Source of the DNA: Candidatus Hydrogenedentota bacterium
GTDB lineage: Bacteria > Hydrogenedentota > Hydrogenedentia > Hydrogenedentales > SLHB01
Direction: 5' to 3'
Length of the DNA stretch: 64,000 nt
Assembly: GCA_963745075.1 (NCBI GenBank)
Contig: CAVUWV010000036.1
Span: 192,001-256,000 of the forward strand
Part shown: in pieces, positions 1-11,605 of the stretch
Position numbering within the stretch: the first letter of the stretch is position 1
How the letters are laid out: each line of letters starts with the position of its first letter
Translations under genes and position numbers: made by a program
Notes under the pieces: generated by a model
Databases searched by the model: none
What the model saw: only the letters and a program-made list of their open reading frames with translations
Told to the model about the DNA's origin: nothing

Positions 1-289
1 CTTTCGTCTTATGATTTCATCCGCCGATGAAGGGAACGTGACGTTCTCGTCCACGCTGTTGGAACAACGCAAACGTCCCAATATGCCTTTGTTCGATTAC
101 TCCCTGTCCCGGACCGACGATATCCTCACCGTGTGCAGCGTGTGCAAAAAGGTCAATTGCGACGACATCTGGCTCCCGGTCGAAGAAGCCCTCGCCCGTC
201 TCGACCTCTTCGAAGAACCCCGGCTCCCCGAACTATCCCACGGCCTCTGCCCCGACTGTTTCGCAAAACTGCAAAGCACCATGAACTGA
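1..289 (+). CDS. C-terminal part of a hypothetical protein with a CxxCKK...SHGxCPxC zinc-binding-like motif (5' truncated)
   Basis: Motifs CSVCKKV and SHGLCPDC; the reading frame is open back to the window start. Confidence 0.65.
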   Translation, partial: FRLMISSADEGNVTFSSTLLEQRKRPNMPLFDYSLSRTDDILTVCSVCKKVNCDDIWLPVEEALARLDLFEEPRLPELSHGLCPDCFAKLQSTMN

Positions 290-325
290 ACCGAACGACC
301 GGTGCAGCGAGTCCGCGCCCGGACC

Positions 326-355
326 AAAAAGAGGCCCCCACGCCGTGAGGGCCTC
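326..355 (-). terminator. Rho-independent terminator downstream of the first acyl-CoA dehydrogenase
   Basis: Minus-strand hairpin GAGGCCCTCACG/CGTGGGGGCCTC followed by TTTTT, 30 nt after the stop at 386. Confidence 0.7.
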
Positions 356-385
356 ATGCGATTCTTCACTACGCCGTCCGAACGC

Positions 386-2314
386 TCACTTCACATGCGC
401 GTGTTCTTCCTCGTGAACGCATTCGGTGCCCAGTTCACGAGCGGCGGCTTTGCGGACGTAGTCCTCCACGATGTCCGTGGACAACCATCCGAACTTGCCG
501 TCCATCAGCGAATTGGTCACGGCGCTGAACTGATGGTTGTGGTTGTGTTTCACCGCGCGGAAGTTTTCTGCGATGCGGTCGCGGGCGTTGGCGCAATACA
601 GATCGGCCAACTCCTGCGGGCTCGAATCGCCGGGGTTCTGACCAATCAAATATTCGGCGTAGGCGAGCGACGCGCCCATGGCGAACAGGTCGACACCCAC
701 CTCGACGAAGTTCGCGAGGATCAACTGTTCGTACTCGAGCTTCTCGCGGTACTTGCCCATGGTGTGGAAGAGGGAGCGCGCGAGTTTCCGGCAGGCGCTA
801 TCCACAAATTGAAGATGATCCTGGCAGGCCGGCGAGAGGTGTTTCACGTTGTAGTTGGTCCCGGACGGTAGCCACAGTTTCGGATACCAGCTCGCATAGA
901 ACTTCACCGCCTTCCAGATGAGCGACATCTTGCTCTCGTCCTTGGCCAGTTTTGGATTCATGAGCGGCATGATCAATTTGAAGTGAGTATCCATGGCTTC
1001 ACGCGCCATGATGAGGTGCATGATTTCGCTCGACCCTTCGAAGATGCGACCCACGCGCGAGTCGCGTAGGAACCGCTCGACCGGTACCGGCTGTTCGCCC
1101 CGTTCGCGCAACGAATGCTCCGTCTCGTAGCCGCGACCCCCACGCACCTGCAGGTAATCGTCCAGCACGCGCCAGGTGGTTTCCGTGCAGAAGTACTTCG
1201 CGATGGCGGCTTCCAGACGGATGTCTGCGTTTTCCTTGTCGGCGAAGGCGCAGGCCAGCCACACCACGCTCTCCATGGCGAAGGTGTTCGCTCCCATGGT
1301 GGCAACCTTCTTCGCGATCGCCTGGTGTTTGCCGATGGGCACGCCCCACTGGACGCGATCGTTTATCCAGTTCTTCACTTCCTGGACGCACAGCTTGCAC
1401 GCCCCCGCTGACGCAGCGGGAATTCCGAGCCGCCCGGTGTTCAGCGTGGCCAAGGCAATCTTCAAGCCCTGCCCCGGCTGTCCGATGAGGTTTTCCGCTG
1501 GCACCTTCACGTTCTCGAATTTCAGCAGGCCGTTGGACAGACCTTTCAACCCCATGAACGAACACCGGTGCTCGACCAAATAACCGGGCATCGTCTTCTC
1601 TACGATAAACGCCGAGATTTGCGTGCGTTCCTTGCCCTTGATCATCTTCGGCGGCGTTTGGGCCATGACGACAAGAATGTCCGCGTCCGGTCCATTCGTG
1701 CACCACAGTTTCTCCCCGTTCAACAGGTAGTAGGATCCGTCTTCGGACGGCGTGGCCGTCGTACTCATCTTCCCGGGATCGGAACCAACGTCCGGCTCCG
1801 TCAACGCGAACGCCGAGATCTCCCCCGCGGCCAAGCGCGGGAGGAACTTCTTCTTTTGTTCATCGGTGCCGTACATTTTTAACGGTTGCGGCACGCCGAT
1901 ACTCTGGTGCGCGGAAATCCACGTCGTCGTGCTCTGGCAATAACTCCCCATCAACGAGAGCACGCGGCTGTAGTTGGTCTGGGACAAACCAATGCCACCG
2001 TACTCCTTCGAGATCTTCATGCCAAACGCGCCCGCTTCGGCAAAAGCGCGCAAGGCCTCTTTCGGGTACTCGCCGCTTTCGTCAATTTCGATGGGATCGA
2101 CGTACTTCTCCAGCACCGCGCGGATCTTGGCGATATACTCGTCACCGGCCTTCTTGTCCTCGGGGTCCTGCGCGGGATACGGGTGCATCAAGTCCCACCG
2201 GAACTTGCCCCGGAACAATTCCGCGGTAAAGCTCGGGAATTTCCACTCGGTTTGCCGAGCCTCCTCGGCCAAATCCATTGCTTTTTCTTTCGCTTTATTG
2301 TCGACTTCTGCCAT
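386..2314 (-). CDS. Acyl-CoA dehydrogenase (VLCAD/ACAD9-like, long C-terminal domain)
   Basis: FALTEPDVGSD, NGEKLWCTNG, RVQWGVPI, GGRGY and RIFEGSSEI motifs. Confidence 0.95.
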   Translation of the reverse strand: MAEVDNKAKEKAMDLAEEARQTEWKFPSFTAELFRGKFRWDLMHPYPAQDPEDKKAGDEYIAKIRAVLEKYVDPIEIDESGEYPKEALRAFAEAGAFGMKISKEYGGIGLSQTNYSRVLSLMGSYCQSTTTWISAHQSIGVPQPLKMYGTDEQKKKFLPRLAAGEISAFALTEPDVGSDPGKMSTTATPSEDGSYYLLNGEKLWCTNGPDADILVVMAQTPPKMIKGKERTQISAFIVEKTMPGYLVEHRCSFMGLKGLSNGLLKFENVKVPAENLIGQPGQGLKIALATLNTGRLGIPAASAGACKLCVQEVKNWINDRVQWGVPIGKHQAIAKKVATMGANTFAMESVVWLACAFADKENADIRLEAAIAKYFCTETTWRVLDDYLQVRGGRGYETEHSLRERGEQPVPVERFLRDSRVGRIFEGSSEIMHLIMAREAMDTHFKLIMPLMNPKLAKDESKMSLIWKAVKFYASWYPKLWLPSGTNYNVKHLSPACQDHLQFVDSACRKLARSLFHTMGKYREKLEYEQLILANFVEVGVDLFAMGASLAYAEYLIGQNPGDSSPQELADLYCANARDRIAENFRAVKHNHNHQFSAVTNSLMDGKFGWLSTDIVEDYVRKAAARELGTECVHEEEHAHVK

Positions 2315-2594
2315 GGCTGTTCACCCCGAGGTTATTTTGCGACTGACGGAAACCTACCTACAGGTAGTTAGATTACCCAGTATAGGTCAAAAGTCCTACC
2401 TTGTCTACTCTTTATGAATGGCCGGATTGCCACCACCCCCGTTTCAACTCCCCGCTATTATACCCGATGCCGTGCGACATGCGGAAACCCCATAACGAAC
2501 GGACGGTCTGGACAATATGGACACCGTGCACGAGGGATCAACGGCCATCGAGTCCATCTACCCCATCGCGGTCTCCATACCGTCCATCCATTGA

Positions 2595-2623
2595 TTGACA
2601 AAAACCCAAGCATACACTAGACT
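2595..2623 (+). promoter_or_regulatory. sigma70-type promoter for the second acyl-CoA dehydrogenase
   Basis: TTGACA-17 bp-TAGACT, about 45 nt upstream of the ATG at 2670. Confidence 0.65.
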
Positions 2624-2669
2624 TACACCTTCACGCCGGACAGTCACCACTCACGTAAGGGATCCCGCC

Positions 2670-4613
2670 ATGAGTTCGAGTGAGAATCACGAAAAACAGG
2701 CTGCCATGGACCTCGCCGAAGATTCGCGCCAAAAGGAATGGGTCGATCCCAGTTTCGTGGCCGAACTGTTTCGCGGCGAATTCCGATGGGATCTGATGCA
2801 TCCGTTCCCGGTTCAGGACCCCGAGGACAAGCGCATCGGCGACGAATACATCGAAAAACTGCGTAAAGTCCTCGAACAGCATATCGATCCCGAGGCCGTC
2901 GACCGGAACGGCGAAGTTCCGCAGGCCGCCTTCGATGCCTTGAAACAAATCGGCTGTTTCGGCCTGAAGATCGCCAAAGAGTACGGTGGTCTCGGCTTTT
3001 CCCAGACCAACTACAACCGGGTTCTAGGGTACATGTCGACCTATTGCACGTCGACCTCGGTCTACGTGTCCTCGCACCTGAGCATCGGGGTCCCCCAACC
3101 GTTGAAACTCTTCGGCACCGAGGAGCAACGCAAAAAGTTCATGCCGCGCCTCGCCAGGGGCGCCATTTCCGCCTTTGCCCTGACGGAACCCGCCGTCGGC
3201 TCCGATCCCGCGAAAATGAGCACCACAGCTACGCCTTCCGAAGACGGGTCCTACTACCGCCTCAATGGGGAAAAACTCTGGTGCACCAACGGGCCTGTTG
3301 CGGAAATCCTTGTCGTCATGGCGGTTACGCCTTCGAAAATCGTCCATGGCAAGGAGAAGAAGCAAATCACGGCCTTCATCGTCGAGACCGATACGCCCGG
3401 ATTCGAGGTGGCCCACGTCTGCCAATTCATGGGGTGCCGCGGCATCCGGAACGGGTTGCTCCGCTTCAACGACGTCAAGGTGCCGGCTGAAAATATGATC
3501 GGCGAACCGGGCCAGGGCCTGAAGATCGCGCTAACTACCCTGAACACCGGCCGGTTAACGGTGCCGGGAACCTGCGCCGCCGGCGCGCGCATGGCCCTCC
3601 ACGCGTGCCGGGACTGGGTCAACGAACGCGTCCAATGGGGCGCCCCTATCGGCCGCCATCAGGCCGTCGGGAAAATGCTCGCCAACATGGTGGCCGACAC
3701 CTTCGCTATGGATAGCATCGATGCGCTGTGTTGCGCCTACGCCGACCGCGGCGGTGTCGACATCCGCCTCGAAGCGGCCATGGCCAAATACTACGCGACC
3801 GAGACCACGTGGCGCATTTGCGATGACTTCATCCAGGTGCGCGGCGGCCGCGGCTACGAAACCGCGGAGTCCCTGCGCAAGCGTGGCGAGAAACCTATCC
3901 CTGCCGAGATGGCCATGCGAAACGCTCGCGTGTCCCGCATCATCGAAGGCACCAGCGAAGTCATGCAGCTCTTCATCGCCCGGGAAGCCATGGACACCCA
4001 CGTCAGCCGCGTGATGCCCATCCTCATGCCGAAGCCCGGCGATAAGTCCAGTAGATTCAAACACATCCTGAATGCTGCGAAGTTTTACCTGCGTTGGTAT
4101 CCCAAAACCTGGCTGCCCGCGGGCGGATTTTCCAGCAAGACCCTATCCGCCGCGAATCAGGCCCATCTTCGCTACATCGGCAAGAGCGCCAAACGCTTGG
4201 CGCGCAGCATGTTCCACACCATAGTGAAGTTCGGGCCCAAACTCGAGCGGGAACAATTGATTCTCGCAGATTTTGTGAATGTCGGCACCGACCTCTTTGC
4301 CATGGCCGCCAGCCTCGCCCGGGCCGAACGGCTACTGGCCGACCATTCCGGCGACCAGGATCTCCAGAACGTGGTGGACCTGTTCTGCTGCAATGCCCGA
4401 AAACGGATCGAAGCGGCCTTCAATTCCGTCAAGCGGAATCACAATCGCCTGATCGACAAAGTCTCCCGGTCCTATGTGGATGGCAAATACACCTGGATGG
4501 TGCAGGACGTCTACGACGCCTTCCCGCCGATCCTGGATCCCGCCGAACTGGCCGCCATGGCGGCCGCAAACGAGGCACAGCCCGACACGGCCGAACCCGC
4601 CACGCGATCCTGA
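2670..4613 (+). CDS. Acyl-CoA dehydrogenase, paralog of 386-2314
   Basis: FALTEPAVGSD, NGEKLWCTNG and RIIEGTSEV motifs; N-terminus aligns with the paralog from the ATG at 2670. Confidence 0.95.
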   Translation: MSSSENHEKQAAMDLAEDSRQKEWVDPSFVAELFRGEFRWDLMHPFPVQDPEDKRIGDEYIEKLRKVLEQHIDPEAVDRNGEVPQAAFDALKQIGCFGLKIAKEYGGLGFSQTNYNRVLGYMSTYCTSTSVYVSSHLSIGVPQPLKLFGTEEQRKKFMPRLARGAISAFALTEPAVGSDPAKMSTTATPSEDGSYYRLNGEKLWCTNGPVAEILVVMAVTPSKIVHGKEKKQITAFIVETDTPGFEVAHVCQFMGCRGIRNGLLRFNDVKVPAENMIGEPGQGLKIALTTLNTGRLTVPGTCAAGARMALHACRDWVNERVQWGAPIGRHQAVGKMLANMVADTFAMDSIDALCCAYADRGGVDIRLEAAMAKYYATETTWRICDDFIQVRGGRGYETAESLRKRGEKPIPAEMAMRNARVSRIIEGTSEVMQLFIAREAMDTHVSRVMPILMPKPGDKSSRFKHILNAAKFYLRWYPKTWLPAGGFSSKTLSAANQAHLRYIGKSAKRLARSMFHTIVKFGPKLEREQLILADFVNVGTDLFAMAASLARAERLLADHSGDQDLQNVVDLFCCNARKRIEAAFNSVKRNHNRLIDKVSRSYVDGKYTWMVQDVYDAFPPILDPAELAAMAAANEAQPDTAEPATRS

Positions 4614-4634
4614 TCGGTAGGCCCCTACGTTTCG

Positions 4635-5585
4635 TCACTCCGCATTATCGAAACGGGGAATGGAGATTAGCGGTAAGCTCGGCGGTGCGGCGTTCACGGC
4701 GACACTGGCGGAATCCGATTCGTCTCCCGGTGCAGCCTCCGTGGTGGTACTGGCAGCGGTTGCTGACGAAGCGACGTTTCCGGACGCCGCAAGGTCCACA
4801 TTTACCACAACCTGGAAAACGGCGCCTTCATTCTTGATGACGGCCCCCTTGGAGAACTGGACTGCACCGGTCGCTCCTACCGACGGCGCCGAAATGCTGA
4901 ATCCCGTGCCCGTCGTGACGCTCGCCGAAACGAAGGTCGTGTTCGCCGGAACGGCCTGAGTCACGGTCACGTTCTGCGCACTGCTGAGTCCGTTGTTGAC
5001 GAAGGCATACTGATAGGTAAGGTTGTTCCCGGCATCCACCGGGTCCGGCGTGCCGACCATGCCGCTGATGGCCAGATCGGCCTCGGCGGACACGGTGGTT
5101 TGCTCGGTGGGGTTCTCATCCCCGGGGTTGGTGTCGGCCTGATCGGCGACCACGCTGGCCGCGCCATTCAAAATGGTCCCGTCGGGCGTAGTGGACGCCA
5201 CCCGAACCGTGATGCTGAATGACGCCGTCTCGCCCGAAGTTACCGTGCCCTTGCTGAACTGGGCGCCAAAACCGCCACCCGGGTCCGGCACCACAGTGAC
5301 CGACCAACCGGTGCCGGTCAACACCTGGAAGTTGACCAGGGTTGTATTCGCTGGATCGTATTGGGTCACCGCAACGTTCGTCGCGTCAGCGCCCCCGTTG
5401 TGAGCCAACGACATCGTGTACACCAGCAAATCGCCGGCAACCACCGGGTCCGTGCCATCGGAAAGCGTCAAACTCAAGTCTTGCGCAAACGCGGGTGCAC
5501 TCAGCAACATCGCGACAAAAAGTACGGGTAATGGTACAAGTGTCCGGACGCGGCAAAACTTGGCTGTGCCAGCCTGTGGAAGCAT
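4635..5585 (-). CDS. Secreted protein with two DUF11 (conserved repeat, Ig-like) domains
   Basis: GGAAGGAG RBS before the ATG at 5585; signal peptide ending APAFA; repeats DLxxxxxDxxDPVxAGxxLxYT. Confidence 0.85.
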   Translation of the reverse strand: MLPQAGTAKFCRVRTLVPLPVLFVAMLLSAPAFAQDLSLTLSDGTDPVVAGDLLVYTMSLAHNGGADATNVAVTQYDPANTTLVNFQVLTGTGWSVTVVPDPGGGFGAQFSKGTVTSGETASFSITVRVASTTPDGTILNGAASVVADQADTNPGDENPTEQTTVSAEADLAISGMVGTPDPVDAGNNLTYQYAFVNNGLSSAQNVTVTQAVPANTTFVSASVTTGTGFSISAPSVGATGAVQFSKGAVIKNEGAVFQVVVNVDLAASGNVASSATAASTTTEAAPGDESDSASVAVNAAPPSLPLISIPRFDNAE

Positions 5586-6089
5586 GGTGCTACTCCTTCC
5601 TTCGAGATCAGTGGCGCCCACGGGAACGCGCCCGCCCAGTTGCGGACGCCCCGTACTTGAATCGTCGGTATACTTGGAAACCCAGCCCCATTTAGTATAC
5701 CTCAAAACGAAACGATTGTTAACGAATAAACGGGGTAGAAACCAGCGCACCTGCGGGGAATTCTGAATTTGCTCCGGCGCCACCAGGCGACACGTGCGAG
5801 AGGAAGGAATTCTGTAAAAATTGAGCTAAAAAAAGGAAAAGACCGGAGCGAAGCGCGCTCACCTTTCGCTACACTCCTGCTTCAACCCAAAAACCGGCGG
5901 TTGAATGAAACTAATGCCGTTTTTACCCAATCAAGACCACAGTCGCCCCCGGCTGCGGCCGGTCGAAGACTCGGAGTACACCACATGCCGGTCGCCACGT
6001 TCTATCAAAACCCTTGGGGGTCCATCTTAACGACGATGCCATCTCTTCAAATGCCGTTCTTAGGTCCTAGCGCTACCGAATCTCGGCCG

Positions 6090-9000
6090 CTACTCCTTCC
6101 CACGATGTGAACGGCGTAATCTGAAGCTCGCCACCCAGTGACCCACCCAGGCCACGGCCAGGAGCAGGATGAGATTGACAAAACCGCTGGGTTGCGAAAG
6201 CCCGCCCACCGCCGCCTTGGATACGGCCGGCACATTTGCATCGGCCGGTCCGAGGACAATGGCGCCTCCGTGGTTGACGAGGATGCCCAGGTACTGTTGC
6301 CCGTTCACGTCGAGCACATAGCGTTCGGGCGCGGCCAACCAACCGTCGACGGCGTCGCCCGGCAGCCACTGTCCCGAGGCACCGTCTTCGTCGAAGTAAT
6401 ACACGTCCGTCGCGTCAGCGGATACACCCTCCGGCACCGGAATCCACACCCGTTGGGCCATCCTGTACGGCGTCGCCGGGCCCACATCGTACGCCGCGCC
6501 GACTGCGCCCGGCAGAACCGGCAAGTCCTGCGCATCACGCAGGGCCAGGAATACCTGGTCGTTGGATTCCACCGTCAGGTCCAGGCCGGACGAGTCGAAA
6601 TCGCTATACGCCGGTTGCGGCGCCAGGTCGGACAGTTTCATGGCCGAGCCGCTCCCGACGCGGAAGACGGCGGTGAGGGTTCCCGCATCGCGGCCGTTCA
6701 CCGTGACGCCGCCCGCGGTCATGGTGATCTTCTCGCCGTCCTGCCAGGGGACTAACGGGGTGTACTGCACCCAGACGTCATTTCCGTCCCCGCCGGCGGC
6801 CGGCACAATCGTGACCCCGGCTGCGTCCAGCGCCGTTTCGGAATAGATATTCGCCCAGACGCGCTCCGGATCGATGGATTCGCCCGCGTTCAACCGCACG
6901 GCAATAGCGTCCGTGGGACCAGCGACGTGGTATCCATCGTCATCCCTCTTAGCGGGAAGCACGCTCGCGTAGGACGCCTTCGATATGTTGATGTAGCCGG
7001 TGTCCGCGCCGCTGGGGTCGCTCTCGCCACAGATCCCCCGGGCTTTGACTTGGTAGTAGTAAAGCATTGGTACGGTTGTCGACGAACAACCGCTGCTCGA
7101 CGTGGTGGTGCCTACGTCGAAGTCGTCGTAAACCAGATCGGCAATCCAGTCGGTTACGGGTACCGCATTTGAGAAGTTCGACTTGGTCGAACGGAAAACC
7201 CGATACGCGTCGGCCCCGGGAACGGCGGACCACGTAACCTGGACCTTGTCGTTGTAGGTTCCGTCCGATGCGGCGGTGTAGTCACTGGCCGGGTTGTTCC
7301 CGACGGTGAGTTGATTCGTCGAGACTTCCGGAACGGCGTTCACGGTCAGCGTCGCTTCCTGCGTCATCAGGTCGGCGCCGCAGGCGTTGCTCAACACCGC
7401 GCGATAGACGTACCCATCCATGTCTTCGGTCACGTCGAGCAGCTTTAGCTTCTTGGCTGTCTCACCCGGCAGGTCGACAAAACCCGATCCATCGTTCACC
7501 TGCCAATGAATGGACGGCTCCGGTGTGCCGGTAGCGTCGAGTGTGAACACCGTCTTCATGCCGACACACCCGTCCGTATTCTGCGGTTCCTGGGTAATCG
7601 TGGTGCCGGTATTGACCGTGAGGGTCGTCTCCGTGGTGTAGTCTTCGCTGCACATGTTGCTCACATACGCACGGTAGACGTTGCCGCTCTGATCCGCGGA
7701 CGCGGTGAAGGAGAGGGTCGCGCCCGTTTCGCTCGGAAGGTTCACGAATCCGCTGCCTTCGTCCACCTGCCACTGGATATCCGGCGTTGGATCGCCCGTC
7801 GCCGTTACGGCGAACGTGGCTGTTTCACCCACACAGACGATGTCCGTGTCGACGTAGTCCACGATGGTCACCGCACCGCAGACGGTCGTGGTTTCGTCGT
7901 CCGTGTTGTTCCCCGGCACGCTGTCGCTGGAGCTGCTGGTGGCCGTGGCCGTGGCATCGATCGTATCCCCGCTGGTTGCACCGGGATCGACGTGAACCAC
8001 TACCTCAAAGGTCGCCATATCGCTCGCCGGCATGGTCGACTTGGAAAAGACCACGTTCCCCGTACTGCCCACGGACGGCATTGCGGGGGTCCACCCGGTT
8101 CCGGTGATCACCGACGCCGATACGAAGATCGTATTTGCCGGCACCGCCTCCGTCACCGACACGGATTGGGCATCGCTCGGGCCGTTGTTCGTGACATCGA
8201 TGGTGTAGGCGAGGTTGACGCCAGGGTCTACCGGATCCGGGCTGTCGCCCAACGTCATCGCGAGGTCGGCATCCACCGCCACCGTCGTCGACGCAGTCCC
8301 GGTTTCATCGCCCGCGTTGGCTTCGGCAGTCGCGGATTGAGCTGTAGCGGAGGCATTGATGGTCGTCCCGCTCGCCGTGTCCGAAGCGACGAGCACGACG
8401 ATTTCAAACTCGGCGCTTTCTCCCGCCGCGACGGCGCTCTTGGCGAACTCGATGTTACCGGTTCCCCCGACCGACGGCAGGGTCGGCGTCCAGCCGGCGC
8501 CGCTGGTGGCCGAGGCGCCGATAAACCTAGTGTTCGACGGTACCGCCTGAGTCACGGTGACTGTCCGCGGCGTCGCTCGGACCCGCATTCGTGAAGGATA
8601 CGGTGTAGGTCAGATTCTCGCCGGCAATCACCGGATCCGGAGAATCGCCCAGCGTGGTTTGCAGGTCCGCCTTGACTTCTACCGAAGTCGACGCACTGTC
8701 GGATTCGTCACCCGGACTCGCTTCTGTCGTGGAACTGGTCGCCGACGCGGATGCGTTGATGGTCGTGCCATTGGCCGTACCGGCCCCGACTTTCACGACG
8801 ATTTCGAACTCGGCGGAGTCGCTGGGGCCGCTGGCGGTCTTGGAAAAAATGACGTTGCCTGCACCGCCGACCGCGGGCGAACTCAACGACCAGCCCGTCC
8901 CGGTGCTCGCACTGGCGGATACAAAGGTGGTATTCACCGGAACGGCCTGCAGAACCGTCACTGAGTTGGCGTTACTCGGGCCGGCGTTATCGTAGGAGAC

Positions 9001-10416
9001 CGTGTAGGTCAGGTTGGCGCCCGCGACCACGGGGTCCGGCGAGTCGGACAGATGGATCTGCGCGTTCGCCCGTGCCGTGGTCGTGGTCAACGTCGAAGCG
9101 CTGTTGTTCGTTAAATCCGGGTCGTCGATTTGGTTGGTCGCAGACACGTTGGCGCCGACCGCCGTTCCGCTGGCCGTGGCGGGATCGACCTTGACAACCA
9201 CTTCCAGTTCGGCGGTATCCCCCGATGGCGACGAATACTTCTCGAAGGTCACGTCTCCGGTCCCGCCTACGGACGGCGCCGATGATCCCCAACCCGTCCC
9301 GGAATTAATGCTTGCCGACACAAAAGACGTGTTTGCCGGCGTGGGTAAGGTGACTTCGACAGACGCGGCGGAATTCGGACCGTTGTTCGTGTACGGAATC
9401 GTGTAGGTGATCGTGTCGCCCGCATCCGCCGGATCGGGGGCGTCACTGATGTCAACGTCCAGGTCCGCTTTTCGGTGGAAGAACGTCGTTGCCGTCGCGG
9501 TGTTGTTGGAAGCCACCGGGTCGGTGGTTGTACTGGCCGCCGTTGCGCTGGCACTCACATCCCCGCCGTCAGTAATGGCGCTGGAGGATTTCACAACGAT
9601 TTGGAAGACGGCGCCCTCGCTCTTGCCCACCGTGGATCGGGAGAACACCACGTTGCCGGTCCCGCCGACGCTCGGCGCCGAAGTGATAGTCCATCCCGAT
9701 CCGGCATTCAGGTTGGCGGACACGTACGTCGTACTCGTCGGTGTGGGAAGGGTCATGGTCACGTCCTGCGCGCTGCTGGGACCGCTATTCGACAGGGTGA
9801 TCAGGTAAGTGATGTTGCTTCCCGGCGTCGCGGGATCCGGGGAATCCGTCATGACGACCCCAAGGTCCGCCTGGGTCGAGACGGTCGTCTGTTCGGTCGC
9901 GGTATCGTCGGCGGGGTATTCGTCCGTTTCGTTCGCCGTCACCGTCGCCGACCCGTTGATGACCGAGCCGCTCGCGGTCGTCGCGTCAACCCGAACCGTG
10001 ACCGTGAATGTGGCGGTTTCACCGGAGGCAACGGTATCTTTGGTGAATTGCGCCCCAAAGCCGCCACTGCCATCCGGCGTAATCGTGTTATTCCATCCCG
10101 CGGCAGGAGCTTGGACTGACGAAGTTGCGAAGAAAGTGCCGGCGGGCGCGAACTGCGTAACCGCAACCCCCGTGGCGCTATCGGTTCCGTTGTTCGAGAA
10201 CGAAATGGTGTAGGTCAGTAGGTTGCCCGCAACGACAGGGTCTGGAGAATCGCTGACCGACAAACTAAGGTCGTGGGCATAGGCGATCTTGGTTTCAGCG
10301 ATGGCGGTACCCGGCGCGAACGCTCCAAAGGCCATACACACGAGCAAGATGGCGATGGTAGCAATCCTAGAATAAGAGGTCGTGGCGGCCCCCAACCGAA
10401 CACGATACGGATCCAT
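6090..10416 (-). CDS. Large cell-surface protein with about six DUF11 repeats, two Ig-like domains, an FN3-like domain and a C-terminal TM anchor; frameshifted near 8566
   Basis: ORFs 8527-10434 and 6090-8588 join inside a repeat (AGPSDA|TVTVTQAVP) after removing one base; signal peptide; C-terminal hydrophobic helix with a basic tail. Confidence 0.85.
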
Positions 10417-10710
10417 GCGAAACTCTCCTTCCACTGCGTAGGTAGCTTGATCCGGCGAAACTCAATATATAGTGGAGATAGAATACAGTATCCCTCCAAA
10501 TTGTGCAATAATTTATTGACAAATTCACCTAATACTCATTTAGCCATATAGTGATTCGGGTATTCGGCGGGGTTTCGGCGCGGACCATCCTGTATAAGTC
10601 ACCGCTTACAAGAGACTTACACTGTAATCAAGAATCTCCTGCGCACAGATCTTCCAGGGAGCGTTGCCCATCACGCCGTGGCGCGATTCTCGGGCGGTGA
10701 GAAATGCAGA

Positions 10711-11472
10711 CTATCCCGTCAGCGATGCGGCCAAGTGGTCCCGATTCATCTTGGCGATCGTCTTCACGCTGATCCCCTTCGGGCAGGCCGCCTCGCATTC
10801 GTAGTGGTTCGAACAGTTGCCGAAGCCTTCCTTGTCCATCTGGGCAACCATTCCCCGAACGCGCAGGTTCTTCTCCGGCTGACCCTGGGGCAGGACGTTG
10901 AGGTGGGTCACTTTCGCCGCGACAAACAGCATGGCGGACGCGTTCGGGCATGCCGCCACGCAAGCCCCGCAACCGATGCATTGCGCCGCATCCATGGCGA
11001 AGTCGGCTTTGACTTTGGCCACGGGTACGGCGTGCGCTTCCGGCGCTTGCCCGGTCCGCACGGAAACGAATCCACCCGCCCCAATGATCCGGTCGAAGGC
11101 CGACCGGTCCACCACGAGATCTTTGACGATGGGAAACGCCTCAGCACGCCACGGCTCGATGGTAATGGTGTCGCCGTTCCTGAATTTGCGCATGTGGAGC
11201 TGGCACAGCGTGGTCTCTTTTTGTGGCCCGTGAGCCTGGCCGTTCACGACCGCGCCGCACATGCCGCAGATGCCTTCGCGGCAATCGTGATCGAAGGCGA
11301 TGGGCTCCTTGCCCTGCAATTCGAGATTCGTGTTGACGATGTCCAGCATCTCGAGAAACGACGCGTCCGTGTCGATGTCGCGGGCTTCGTAAGTCTCGAA
11401 TCGCCCTTCCGACGCAGCGTTCTTCTGTCGCCAGACTTTTAATGTCAGGTTGATCTTCTTCGACATTGCCAT
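10711..11472 (-). CDS. sdhB: Succinate dehydrogenase/fumarate reductase iron-sulfur subunit
   Basis: [20 protein letters not shown] and [12 protein letters not shown] clusters. Confidence 0.95.
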   Translation of the reverse strand: MAMSKKINLTLKVWRQKNAASEGRFETYEARDIDTDASFLEMLDIVNTNLELQGKEPIAFDHDCREGICGMCGAVVNGQAHGPQKETTLCQLHMRKFRNGDTITIEPWRAEAFPIVKDLVVDRSAFDRIIGAGGFVSVRTGQAPEAHAVPVAKVKADFAMDAAQCIGCGACVAACPNASAMLFVAAKVTHLNVLPQGQPEKNLRVRGMVAQMDKEGFGNCSNHYECEAACPKGISVKTIAKMNRDHLAASLTG

Positions 11473-11605
11473 GCTCCAGTCATTTTATTTCACGGGCGAT
11501 GCTGAGGAAAATGAGGACAGTAACCATTTATTTGTTGATAGGATAAGTCCCTTGGATGGAGGCCGTTGACCAATAAATGGTTGTGGTCCCCGTTTTCCAC
11601 CATTC

